Source: Raillietiella orientalis (Eukaryota). From it: a DNA stretch of 64,000 nucleotides. The position numbers and the translations under genes were made by a program. Below are positions 40,101-52,253 of the stretch, piece after piece. Numbering within the stretch: the first letter of the stretch is position 1; every line of letters starts with the position of its first letter. The stretch lies in contig JAYWIR010000003.1 of NCBI GenBank assembly GCA_036172245.1, positions 2,294,001 to 2,358,000 of the forward strand, in the 5' to 3' direction. Below the pieces are notes generated by a model, which saw nothing but the letters and a program-made list of their open reading frames with translations, did no database searches and had not been told where the DNA came from.

Positions 40101-43100
40101 GTGATCGTGTGTTTGTACGTTTTTCAAGGGACGCTGCTGCTTTCTGAGGCAGCACCAACACCATGGTGCACGGCATCGTGTTCACTCCTTTTTTTCCTTT
40201 CGTAATCATCTGTTGTGAATGCTATTTTTAAGCGGCAGTCTTCAAAGAACGCTACCACTCTTGGAGAAAGATTTATCACTCTCGCGAACACAGCTGATGT
40301 CTGCTTCTTGGGATTAAGAATTCACGAACTTTTTCTTCCTCTTTGCCCTTGCACAAACCTTTGCAGTTCGGCACAGATTGCTCCTTGCTGCCACTTCGTT
40401 CCTTTTGCGAATAAATGCTCGCGGTCAGCTCGTGATTCCCCTTTGAGCACAATCTCGTTTCGGGATGAAACGAGCCACCGATGATGCAGGCGGAAGCGTT
40501 CGTGCTTCCTGCTTTCTTGACGTGGTCCAGAGCTTGGATCCTTCGATTGCTCCCAGATTGCGCACGGTGCTTCCAGAATCTGAAAAAAAAAAAAGGCGTC
40601 CGATTCATCTTTCTGTTCAGTTTTGAACCGCTCTTGTAAAGTTTTGTCGCGAGGCCTAAGAGCATTTGTTCACCACCCTATTCATAGGTTTGCTGCCGAA
40701 GATTCTGCGCTGCTGGTTCGAAGCAGCTGATTGACTTCCTTCTATATCAAAAGGGGAATGAAAAGAAAAAAAAAAAAAAGAAAGAGGGATTGCCATGTAA
40801 TTCCGAGCTGTTGAAAAATACGAAAATCGACTTACGATGAGAAGCAAAGACTTGCTGTTCCTCCGTGTAAAATAAGTCTCGCTACGCCCGCCTCTTTGAT
40901 AGAAAGCTAACGAAGCATTTCTTGGGGAGATTCAACCTGCAATCCCCCGCTTCCCGTCGTGGGTATGGGACCGAGCCGCGGAGTCCCAACTCTTGAGGAA
41001 GAGGGAAGCACTACGGAAGTTTGACCTGCTGGTAGCGCACTCATGTATTTATCGTTCCCTGTTGCATAAACGCATCCGCACACCCTTTGATGTCCAGCAG
41101 CACTTTAAAGGAAAGATTCGCTCTCTTCCCTAATGTAATCCTCATGCTGGCTCCTGGAGGTTTCCGCTCTGCCTCCCGCATTTTCGCAATGAATTGGGTA
41201 GGACTACCGTGTTGTCAATGGAGAGCATCCGAGGTTACAAGCTTGCAGCGGCTGCTAGCAAAATGTATCAGCTTCAGTCTTGCTTCACCTCCAGATGATG
41301 AACTCCGCGGATTATTGAGATGCATGTATCATCTCATTCTTTACAAATGAGATTCCTCAAGAAAATGTATAAACATCTTTCGTCATTTCGATAACATGTC
41401 AAAAGCAAATGATGATCCGATGCTTCGAAGTAACCCCTTACGGGGGATCGCGGGGGTAATGAAGGCAACGTAGTTGTTATTTAGAAGAAAAATAAATGAA
41501 ATGAATAAATTGTGCCAGCAGGATTTGCACGTGTCTGGAAAACGCATCTGCATACATCCCCGCAAAGAAACCATGACAACGAACGCAAGGTGATTCAGTA
41601 AGCCAGGACTGATGGCTTCGTTCTTGGCTTCTCTTTTTCTTGTTTTTTTTTTTTTTTTTTTGTTTTTTCTCAAGCCGAGAAAGGCTGAAGTGCATCTAGA
41701 TGAAAGATATGAATGTCTACGTGGATGTCAAACAACGTAAACCAAATCGAACTCATGGATCAGTCGCCCATCGATGGAAACGGAGTGCCAAATTTGCTGT
41801 TGCGTCAGCTTGAGCATCGTAACGGATTAGCAGTATGTGCAAAAGTGATTCAACAGTTATGGAAATTTCGACACTCTGTCAGCTTGTGTGCGCACACCAA
41901 TCACCACACTGCCCGCTTTTGACGAAAGACCAGCGGACCGCTCTGGACCAATGCGCGGAAACGGGGACGGAAAAGGAAAAAAAGGAAAAAGGCGCCGGCG
42001 GCTCGCACGGGATGATCCCAAAAGCCTCCTCCGCAAGAACAAACCCCTTCGGTGGTTTCGTCCATCCGGAGAAGGCGCTCGAGAATCACATCCGTGGCCG
42101 CAGCACTTTCCCATGGAGCCACTCCCGTGAGTCCACCGGTCGCACGGAGGAAACCAAGTAAAATGATCTGGACACATGTCGAGAAGCTCAAAGCTCATCG
42201 TCCTGGAACCCAAAACAAAAAGCTCCCATCCGAGTGAAATCGAACCAATCTTTGAAACGTGAGAATTCCATACGCGAAAGGCACGTGACCGATTCGAGGC
42301 TTTTTATCATAAAGGACGTGGTGCTTCATCGTGGGCGGAACCGCGCTCGAGGTTTGGGCATCCGCATCTGTATACATAGCGCATTTAGTACGTTCCTCCG
42401 GAGGTTTTTTCAAGTGTTTCATAAGAACGAAAGAAAAAGGAATTATTCTAGTGACGGTTAATTTCCATCGGAACCTTCGTCCTCAAGTTGTGTGAGGAAG
42501 CATTTTATGCGTGTCGGCAATGCGGGATGGAAGTGGATGCTCGTATTCTCATCAGGAAGAAGCAAACAGAGTATTTCGTGATCAAACGAGCTCGTACAAA
42601 TCAATATTAACTCAGAGAACAACGAAGAGCGGAATTCAGAGGCGAAAAGGTTTCCAGAAACGGATAACCGCTCACGAAACATATTCCTTAGTTATTTGGG
42701 GAAGAAGCCCAAAAGCCAAAGGTCATAAAGCTATTATAAATACAATCAGGAAGATTGAAAAGCAAGCTAGCCGCTGCAGATAGCAATTAACATCCAACCG
42801 AAGGCTGGTGAGGATCCATCAAGCAATTTCAGTTCATGAGCTTCAGAGAGATTTCAGCAATGACAAAGAGATAGACCCATTCCAAATCAAAAATTCCCAT
42901 TGCTCCAGAATTCATCGAATTTCGCCGATGCTTTGGAAAATCACTTTTGCAAATTTCGTCCGACCGTTACTTGTCCCAAGCATCGCACTTTCGTATAATC
43001 CACTGTACACATTTGAAAAATCACTCGAAACAAACCGCCGATTCCGGATAACACGAGAAAGAATTCCGAGATTTGCTGCGTGAATCCTTATGGGAGGAAA

Positions 43101-43948
43101 ATATGTGGAGCGCGAGGAGCTCCATGCTCATCACAACAGGACGCTTTGATAGCCGGAGCAGATTCAAGCCTTGCCTGTCCTCACAGGAGATCGGGGAAAA
43201 AAAAAAAAATTCCTCCCATCACGGCCCTGGGAGATTTGAAGAGGCTGCGGACTACGCACCACACCTCAGTCAGAACGCGCGATTCCTAGGAAAAGATAAT
43301 GCCAATTTCGAACGACGAACGCACTTCCAATAAGTACATCTGCCCGCGTACCGTTTGTTTAAGCGATCTCAAATACACTAACGGCAGTGAATTTGTTACT
43401 GATAATTGCAGTTATACTCAAGCAATCCGTACGCAGAACACACAAACAGAAGTACGGAAGCAGTAGTTCAGTAAAACTGAGTACAGAACGAAGAAAACCA
43501 AAGCCTTCTCGACCCTGCCTGCTATGAGCCACACACGAAGGCCTCTTTATGGAAGGACCTATTATTACATAGGAACATCCCATCCATACAGCCCGTCATG
43601 GCATCCATCTCAATCGGAAGATATCAGTCATTATGCACTTATGAGCTGTATTGGACATCAGCAGACACTTAATGCCTCAAGCAGGGAAACCACAACCCAC
43701 AAAGATCAAATGCGAAAAATTGCCTCAGAAGAACGGATTCTCTTCCTCCAAGTTCATCATTGCTTCGTTTATCATCTCAGCACAGCCACAGTAAAGACAC
43801 CGCCCATTCGTGCTGAAGGTTCCCAGCAACTTTTTTTTAAAAAACACGGCTCCTCTGAAAATGATTTCAGCGATGTCGCTCCCTGTTCTGTGCATCCTAC
43901 TCATCACCTACTAAAAAGAAAGTAGTTCGTGAGATAAAAATGCAACCC

Positions 43949-44248
43949 AACATTCTGTTCACTATGCCGTTTCTTGCAGTGCTACCAGAAGAACCGAACA
44001 TTCTGTTCACTATGCCGTTTCTTGCAGTGCTACCAGAAGAACCGAACATTCTGTTCACTATGCCGTTTCTTGCAGTGCTACCAGAAGAACCGAACATTCT
44101 GTTCACTATGCCGTTTCTTGCAGTGCTACCAGAAGAACCGAACATTCTGTTCACTATGCCGTTTCTTGCAGTGCTACCAGAAGAACCGAATATTCTATTC
44201 ACTATCCTGTTTGCTTTCTTGCAGTCTACCAGAAGAACCGAATATTCT
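43949..44248. repeat. 48-bp minisatellite, five identical copies plus one diverged copy
   Basis: Unit aacattctgttcactatgccgtttcttgcagtgctaccagaagaaccg starts at 43949, 43997, 44045, 44093 and 44141; diverged copy at 44189-44240. Confidence 0.97.
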
Positions 44249-47200
44249 TAATCTTTTCGGTATGACATAATCAACCCCTACAAAGTGATTCCAAAATGCG
44301 AACCCAAAAGTTATACAACTCTGGATATCATTTTACGAGAATTATAGTATGCTGTTCAAAGTCATGGTATTTTGAATGGTGCTCTGCTGTTCAAGTATGA
44401 AGCCACGGCCTTGCTATTTTCTATATTAGCGAGTCTTTGTCAGACAATATTACTTCTTCATTTATGTGCTATTTGGAACCTATTTAAAGAATTCGACGGA
44501 CGAAAAAATGAGATCACCTTAGGTGATTTTTTTACAGCTGATCCAACTTCTATAAGAGATCATTGAAACGTATACAATTTGAATATACAGAGAAGGCAAA
44601 TCTTTCCCAGCAAAAACACTGCAAAAACGACCAACGGACTTGAAATATTCAAAAAAGTCGACGGAGGGGATTTCGATTTGTGCATCCCAAGAAGCGAAGT
44701 TCATCCCGGAGTTTGCTTATCTGAGATTTCCTTTTAAATTTGCATTCTCGTGGTACCTGCAAACAGACCTTACCTCGATCGAAAACTCCCAAAAATCTTA
44801 CCGGAAGGAAAGCGTAGACGGAAGCATAGTCTTTGCGTAGTGTTTGTACAGAATCTTCGCATTAGAAAGGAGGGAAGTTGTTGACAACCAAAAAGAGAGC
44901 AAACGAAACGAAACGAGGATGGTGGTCTCGGGAATATTCCGAGTTGCTGGGAAAGTGAAGCTCCAATCGATCAGAGAATGACAACGATCCTTTGAGGAAA
45001 CGCTTTCCAGAGAAGAGTGCAGCCTCTCTCGAGCATCTCACGTACGCGACGGTGCGCTAGCTGGAGCTAGGAGAGCAGCTTCTTCAGCTTTGTGAGTTTC
45101 CGGTCAAGGAACTGAAAATTGCCAGGGGCACAATACTCATCCGTGAGTACCGAAAAACTCACTGTTGGGAAACAGAAGAAAAATAGCATCTTCGTGGCAT
45201 TTTGGAAAATTTAGATGCAGAGGAGTATGGTTTCAGCAGCATCTCCAGCTCATCTCCCAGGGATCACAGCAATTGTCCCATTTTTGTGTTCCTCCTGCTT
45301 TCGAGCCAGGAAGCAAACGTTCATTCCAAGGAGGTTTTCCAGCTCTTCGAGAAGTTTAGGAAGGCTACTGCGGAGACAAATCCTCTCACTCGAAAAGAGA
45401 CCAACAGTTTCCTCATGGTCCCGAACTGGCGTGTCGAAATGCTAATTTTCCTGAATGTGGGAGCGAAAATGCAGGAACCGTCTTCCATCTGGGATTCCCA
45501 ACCAAAAGGCAGGAGGTCCTCTTTCTCAATTCAAGACTGCAAAGTCAGCTATCAACAGGGTACTGCCATTTCTATGAAAATTAGCATTCGTTTCGTATCA
45601 AACTTTTTTTTAATCATACTGTTGATGACTTGGTCTGTTTATCACCAGGATGAATGTCATTTGCATCGTGTTACCAAGGATTCCAGGAAAAATTAATGCG
45701 AAATGAGAGCAGGGATTTATTTAAATTTTCGATGTTAGAAGGGATCCGAATCACAATTTTTGAACTCTCGAGAAAGATTTACTGCCTTCTTAATCTCGTG
45801 ATATCAAAAGCAGTACAGAGATTTTTGTAGGATTGTCAGCAAATGGGCACTCTTAATTTAATGCTCCTTTTACGAATCCAGATTTCGTAGGACAGCAACA
45901 GACGAAACTCAGAGAAGAATCGAATCGAATCCGCAGCAATCTGCAGAAGCCATAACGTCTGCAAAGTGATGACGGGACGCGTATTTGTTCCCTCGAATGC
46001 AGTTCGCACATGATGGAGCTCTCTCGAAGAGATGAATGAAAGGCAAAAAATCGGCAGAAGACACGGTTGTCTTGGGAGCTGGAATACTTGCCGCCTCCAT
46101 GGCTTTGCGTACTGGAGCATCTCCAGCTGCAGCAAACAAAATCCGGCGCTCCGGATTCTCAAGATGCAATGAGTAGGGCCGCTGGACATTTCCCGGCTTC
46201 TAGATTTCACCTATTGCCAGCACGCAAGATTCAGGTCTTGGGGGCCGTTTCGCTTGACCTCTCGGGTCCAACTTGCAGTTTAGGATGCTGGAAATTTCGG
46301 TTCGGCTCTCCCCAACACTCACTCCTAGAAGCCGAAACCGTGCTTTTCATCTCGTGGGTAGCGGGGAGGGGAAAACAACTGCAGTCCCTCAAAAATTCAC
46401 CCTGAGGTGTTCTCTAAACCTGGCTCGATGATGCTGCTGGGAGGAATTCTGCAGAGTCGACTTTCGATGCCAGGGAGGGGGCACGTCTCCCCGCCATGGC
46501 ACGCAGATCGACTGGGTATCCACGCTACCAAACGCGCGTGTTCATCATCTGTTTGTTTAATTGTATGTGCATCTTATGATTGCGAATTCATGTAACTATT
46601 CGTTACTGTCAGGTGCAATGCTGCATCGTGCGCCCACCTAATTTGGAAACAAAAAAGAAATATGTATGTACCTTTGTTTGAACAAAAAGAATAAGAGCAC
46701 ACAGAAAGAATTCCCTTCCTACATTTCGATATATCTCTGCACTTTTCTCCAGCGAGCCTCACCGTGAAATGCTTTCGTCGTATTCTCGCTATGGAGAAGG
46801 AGCACGCGGGGCTCACGACCTTTCAAACAAATTTATGTATATATATTTATTATTTTCCTCCAACGCTGGATGCTCGAAATGCAATGAATCCAGCTTCATC
46901 CTTGCCTCAACCGAGCGAGATCAACAAGCACGAACGAATCGATCCTTGACTTGAATCTGCGATTATGGACCTCGAAAGCGAAACTTTTTCTCCGTGGGCG
47001 CACGTGGAAAGATTTCCGAGGAACACTCACACGCGCCTGATGAGTTAAACATGATGTGAGGGAGCGGTTCCTGGATGCTGACTGCTCCGATAGCCCAAAG
47101 GTAGAACGCTGATGCGCCAGATGATGGAGCGCCTTCCCGTATGCCACAGCTGAGGTTTCCTGATTCCCAGGCAGGATAGTGAGGTTGCACTTTCCGAGCA

Positions 47201-50200
47201 GCCGCATACCTGGACTCCCACATCGGTCATCAGAGGAGAAAATCTCAAGAGGGGATTACCGAGAGTTCAAACCGCAGGAAGTGCTCGTTCGCTCCGGGAC
47301 TTCCTTCGCAATTCCCTTTCATCTCTTTCCCCACTGAGTGATGGTTGGCGTATGGGAATTTCCCTGTATGCTTCTATTCTCTTCATTGGACTTCGGGCGC
47401 CTGCCGACGTTGAACTTTTTTTTCCTGACCTTCGACGTCCAGTAGAAGCGACGGTCCGAAGCCATCAAGTGTCTTTTTTTTTTTTTTTTTTCCTAAACCT
47501 GAATACCGAGTGTGCTCCATGTGGATACTGGCAGAGCAAAGGAGACACCAGACGGAAGCACATCGTGGAAAGTGATAGGTCCTTTGAGAAGATGCAGCAG
47601 AAAACAGAAAGCAGATGCCTGGATCCATCTTGCGAACTTCCGAGGAGCTCGACATGCTTGGTTTTTTTGCTTTCAAGAGGATGAAACTCCACCGTGCTTT
47701 CCATTGAGGGAACTCCGAGTGGAACTTTCAAGCCGGAAACCAGCTAATGACTCTTCCGAGTTAGTTCTTATGGAGAAGAGTAGGGACTTGGCATTACCCC
47801 AGCTTCCTGGATTCTTTCCTGAATCACGAGACCACGGCCACCATGAGTGAAAGCGGAAAGCGGCTTTCCCACCACCACATCAGTGGTCCAGACAACCTCA
47901 AGCGTCAAATTCAGAAGCAGCAGGGAGGTTGGTCTGCTGTGCTTCTTTGCTCCCCGCCGTCAGAGATGTTTTCGACTGGTGCAGTTCCAATCCGGCATGC
48001 CCTCTTTGCTCCTCTCAGACTTCATCGCTGCCCCCGAGCTGAGGAGAGTCTCTACGAGCCTTGCGTGATGCGAAAACATTCCAAAGCAGAAGCGTCGCAG
48101 TTCCCATCAGCTGTCTGGTTCCTCGTGTCAGAAATGTTCCAAAGGTAAAAAAAAAAAAAAAAACTCCTCAATAAGGAGCGGTGTTTTCACAGTCTTTCAA
48201 ATTTTCAAATCCCACCAAGGGTGGTGGTACTCATCTTAGAGAGCGAAAGACCAAGAGACTGTTCACACCAGTCCCACGAAGAAACGCAAGTGGCCTGGAG
48301 ATACGAGCTGCACGGTTATTGAAATCCAGAAACCACCATCGCAATCAGGAAAATTTCTTTTTCCCCTCTTCCCCCGCTTCTCACTCTCACTTATGTGATT
48401 CCAGAAGAACCATCAGTGCTGTCAGAGGCCCTTCCCGCTGCAAGAGAAAGTGGAAGATCCGCATACTCCTGCGTAATCGGAAAAGCCTGCAGTGTTGCCA
48501 GAAGCCCTTCCTGATTCAAAAGCGAGAGAGTGTCCTGCGGCACCAGTGCCGGTGGCAAGAGCAAAAATGACGTCACAAGAGCACACATACGGTGGGTGAA
48601 CGACAGTGCTTGGTGGAGAGGGCGTGCGTGCTGGCATGGCACTTCGGGATCGAGCAGATCATGGCACCGGTCCGTCGGTAGGAGCAGCGGGTGGGGTCCG
48701 AGGAGGGAAGCGAATGGCGGCCTATTCCTGGAGCCGGGCGCGGAGCTGGCGAACGGGAAACCAAGACAAAACAAGGAGTGGAAGCGGGAAGAAAAAAAGG
48801 GAGACACCAGAGCAAGGCCCCGTGGAGGAATCTAAAATTAAAAAAGGAACGTGTCGTCGGATGTGGGAAAAGAGCAGGCAGGCAGTGGAAATGATGGAAA
48901 TGGATCGGATGTGTCTGGTGAGGATCGCGGCGGCACCAGCTCGGTGGGAGAAGCGGGGAACCAGGGAGGCTTTGATTTACTGTCCGGGAAAAATTGGAGC
49001 GCGGAGGCAACCGGGAATGGTGCGGAGTCTTCGGCGGTTTCCGCCCTCGACAGGCCGGGGGGTTACGGCGGCAGGGGGACTCCCGGAGCGAGGGCGCCGC
49101 GCGCGCTCCTTTGGCCCGGGATGCGGTCGTGGGACTCTCAAGCTCGGGCGGCAGCTCGGGAGGGAGCCTTCCCGCCCATGTCGCGAGCACCAGCGCAGCG
49201 GCGGCATAGGCAGCCAAAGGCGCGGCATCAGTGGGCACGTGGGCGCCAAACTCACGTGCCCACTATGAGGGCGATTCCCTCCCTTCCCCTTCCTGCATTT
49301 GAAGTGGCTGGGGGGGAAAACACGCGTTCCAGAAGGAGGAGATGACGGGAAGGAGAGAAAACGGCGACCACGGCCGGAAGTGTGAAAGAGGGAGAGGAAG
49401 CTGGAAGGAGCCTCGTGGAGCCATCCACTGAGGGCGTTGCGCTCTCCGCGGTTCAACCGGGCGGGCGTTCTCCAGGGCGCACGGAAGACCTCCAGCCGGG
49501 TTCGTGCTCCTCGGCAAGGGGGCTCTGGGGGCTGAACCCCTACGTGGTCTTCCGCCCCCGCCCGTCCACCGCGGCGTCCACCTCCGAGCGCGTGCCCGCC
49601 CAGGAAGGCGGCAGAGGACGCGAGGGAGGGGATTGGCTGGCCGGGGAAGACGCTACGGCGGCGCCTCGCCGCCGGGGAGCAGCAGAGCGACCGCGCGTGC
49701 GCGTGCGCGGATCCGCCGCTTTGTCCCGCAGCGCCCTCGCCTGTCCGAGAGGATCTGCCCGCTCGCTCGGTCGGGAATGCCGGGAGCTGGGGCTCGCAGG
49801 AAGGAAGGGATGGATGGGTTGTAAGAGGGAATGGTCCATGTCCGTGGCAGCTGGTGCCGGAGTCTCTGAACCTGGGGGAACCCCCCGAAAGAGTCCTCCG
49901 AGCAGGAGGGGAGGGAATGATCGGAGAAGGAGAAGCACCTGCAGCGGCTGGAGGCTTCGCACGGCACTGACTGTCGGGAGGCCTCCTTCATCTGCATCTC
50001 CCGGAACTCTCGAAGGTTTCGGGAACGCCTCCGGCGTGCCCGAAGGTGCCCGGCCGGACGCGGGAGGGGGAGGGAGAAAGGAAGAATGCAGACCGCGCCT
50101 GCATCTCAGGGAGCAGAGGAGGAACCCCCTCTCGGTAGTCGGCGGTTGCCAAGGAAGACACCGGCAAGTCGTCGGGCTTGGCGTACAGACGGTGCCGGCT

Positions 50201-52210
50201 GCGCGGCTGGAGGCATCCGTGGCGCGAGCGCTCCTCTCACGAGGGTGCAGTCGGCGATGCCGCTCGCTCTGGACCGATCCTCTCGCTCTAGGAGAGCCGT
50301 AACTAAGTCTTTCCCAGGGGCGAGGAGCACTGGGAGGCTATTCTTTGTCAGTGGGGCTCCACGGAGGCCGCCGCCAAGGGCCTCAAGGAAGGCCGCGGAC
50401 GGGAACCGCCAGCTGGCAGCTGGTGCACCGCGAGAGAAGGAGGAGGAGGAGGAGCACTTCCTTTCAGGATGGGGCGGGGCCAAGCGTTTCCCCCGGTGTG
50501 TCGGACCGGAAGCCGTCGCTCGGAAGGGAAACAGACGGCGTGAGCGGCAGCACCGCCAGGCGGGGAAGACGTGAGGCGTCTAAGGCGCGCCACCCGGCAG
50601 CCATCCTCGGTCTGCAGAGGGGCACTCAAGGAGAGCAAGGGGAGATCGCTCTTCCTCCTGTCCCCATCCCCACCCGTCCTGCCTCTCTCCTCCACCACCC
50701 CTTTGCGCATCCCTAGCGGAAGGCGCTGGCGGGAGAAGGGGTGGAAAAAGGCGGCGTCCTCTTCCAGAAGAGCGCCCGTGTCTCCGCGCAACGGCGGAAG
50801 CTCCGCGCTCGCGTGTCGTCGTCCACGCGCGCAGCGCCATCACCAAAGCCACCCTACCTACGCCTCACATCGCACGCGCAGGCGCAGAGGGCGACCGTCG
50901 CCAAGGATAAGCGAGGAGGAGGGGGGGGGGGGGAAGCCGGGAGAAAAGGGAGAGAGAGAGAGAAAAAAAAATCCCAGAGATAAAAAGGAATCTCTGGGAC
51001 GAGGAGGAGGGGCGAGGGATGCAGGAGACGAGCGCAGAAGGTTCAAATCAAAAAAGCAGCGCCTTCCGAAATAACTCCGCAAGATGAGATCGGCAGCCAT
51101 TTGTCAGTGTCGGCGCAGAGAGGGGGGCGCTGCGAGCGCGTGGCTGTCGCCGCCACCGCCGCCGCCGCCGCCGCTGCCGCGCCCCTTGCCCCCTCCGGAA
51201 GCCTGAGGGCGACGGCCCGCTCCACGGCCGCACGATCTTCGAAGGGCAGTGGCGTCATGCGGTCACGAAGGGGGGGGGGGGGGGAGTCTGCCCGGAGTGC
51301 GCTATTCCCTCTGAAGAGATCGCGGCCGGACCCAAAAGAGCCGGCGTCCGCGTTCGCCTTGGAATAGCCCCGGGGGCACTTGAGGTGCACATGGCACGGT
51401 GGCACCAGCGACGTCTACCCTGAGGAGAGGCCGTCAGCGGCGCTGCGATCGCGCGCGCGAGGCACGGCAGTTGCAGAGACGCGCGCTGCCTCCCCGGCCG
51501 CGAGGGATCGCCCGCACGTTGCGCTCCCGAGCGCGAGCGATGCCGAATGATGGACCGTCGCTCGATCGGCTGAGCGCTGCCTTGTCCGAGGTCGCTCCAG
51601 GGGATGCGGACGGGGAGAGGGCGAGTTGAAGCGCAGGGCGGTGGCTGCCCACCCTGGTCGCTGCCCGCCTCCACCCCTTCCGGCGCGCCGCAGCCTTTCT
51701 GGGAGGGAATGAAGGCGCCCGGCTGCTGCCGCATCTCCCCCTCCAGGAGGGACGGGGGAAGACGTGCAGCTCGCGGAGCACGCGCGCCCCAAACCGGTTG
51801 GTCGCCGTCTCTGGCAAGGCCGCGCACATGAAACGTTGCTCGGCAACGGTGGAAAGAAGGTAGTAAGGAAGGTCGCATGTCGCAGGAAGAGGAGCAGGGA
51901 GTTGTTCTGCGTGCGGAAGAAGGGGGAGAGGAGGGTCGCCGACGCGCCAACGATTGGGGCGCGCGCCAAAGTTCCTCTGAACGGGTGACGCTCCATCATC
52001 CAGCATCTCTCTCGCTCAGGAATGCCTTATGACGGGGAGAAGGGCATGGAGAAGGCGAGGCGTTCGCGTCGTTCGCAGTGCCTGCGATGCCCGAAACACA
52101 GAAGTCGGCCCCACCTGCCCCTCCGTTCGCCTCCCTCCTCAGCGGGGGAGGTGCCTCGAGGTGCGGGCAGCCTGCTGCTGATCCGCGCGACCCGCCCGCC
52201 GCCCTCAGGA

Positions 52211-52253
52211 GGAGCGCGCCGAGACCTGTGGGAAACGCCGCGGCCTGGATGGG
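52211..52253 (+). repeat. Left arm of a 43-bp long-range inverted repeat (partner at 58038-58080)
   Basis: ggagcgcgccgagacctgtgggaaacgccgcggcctggatggg matches the reverse complement of 58038-58080 at 41 of 43 positions. Confidence 0.92.

Noticed and set aside
43949..44248. CRISPR-like array or repeat-protein ORFs
   Set aside because: Units are contiguous with no unique spacers, the context is eukaryotic, and the ORFs arise from the 48-bp period.
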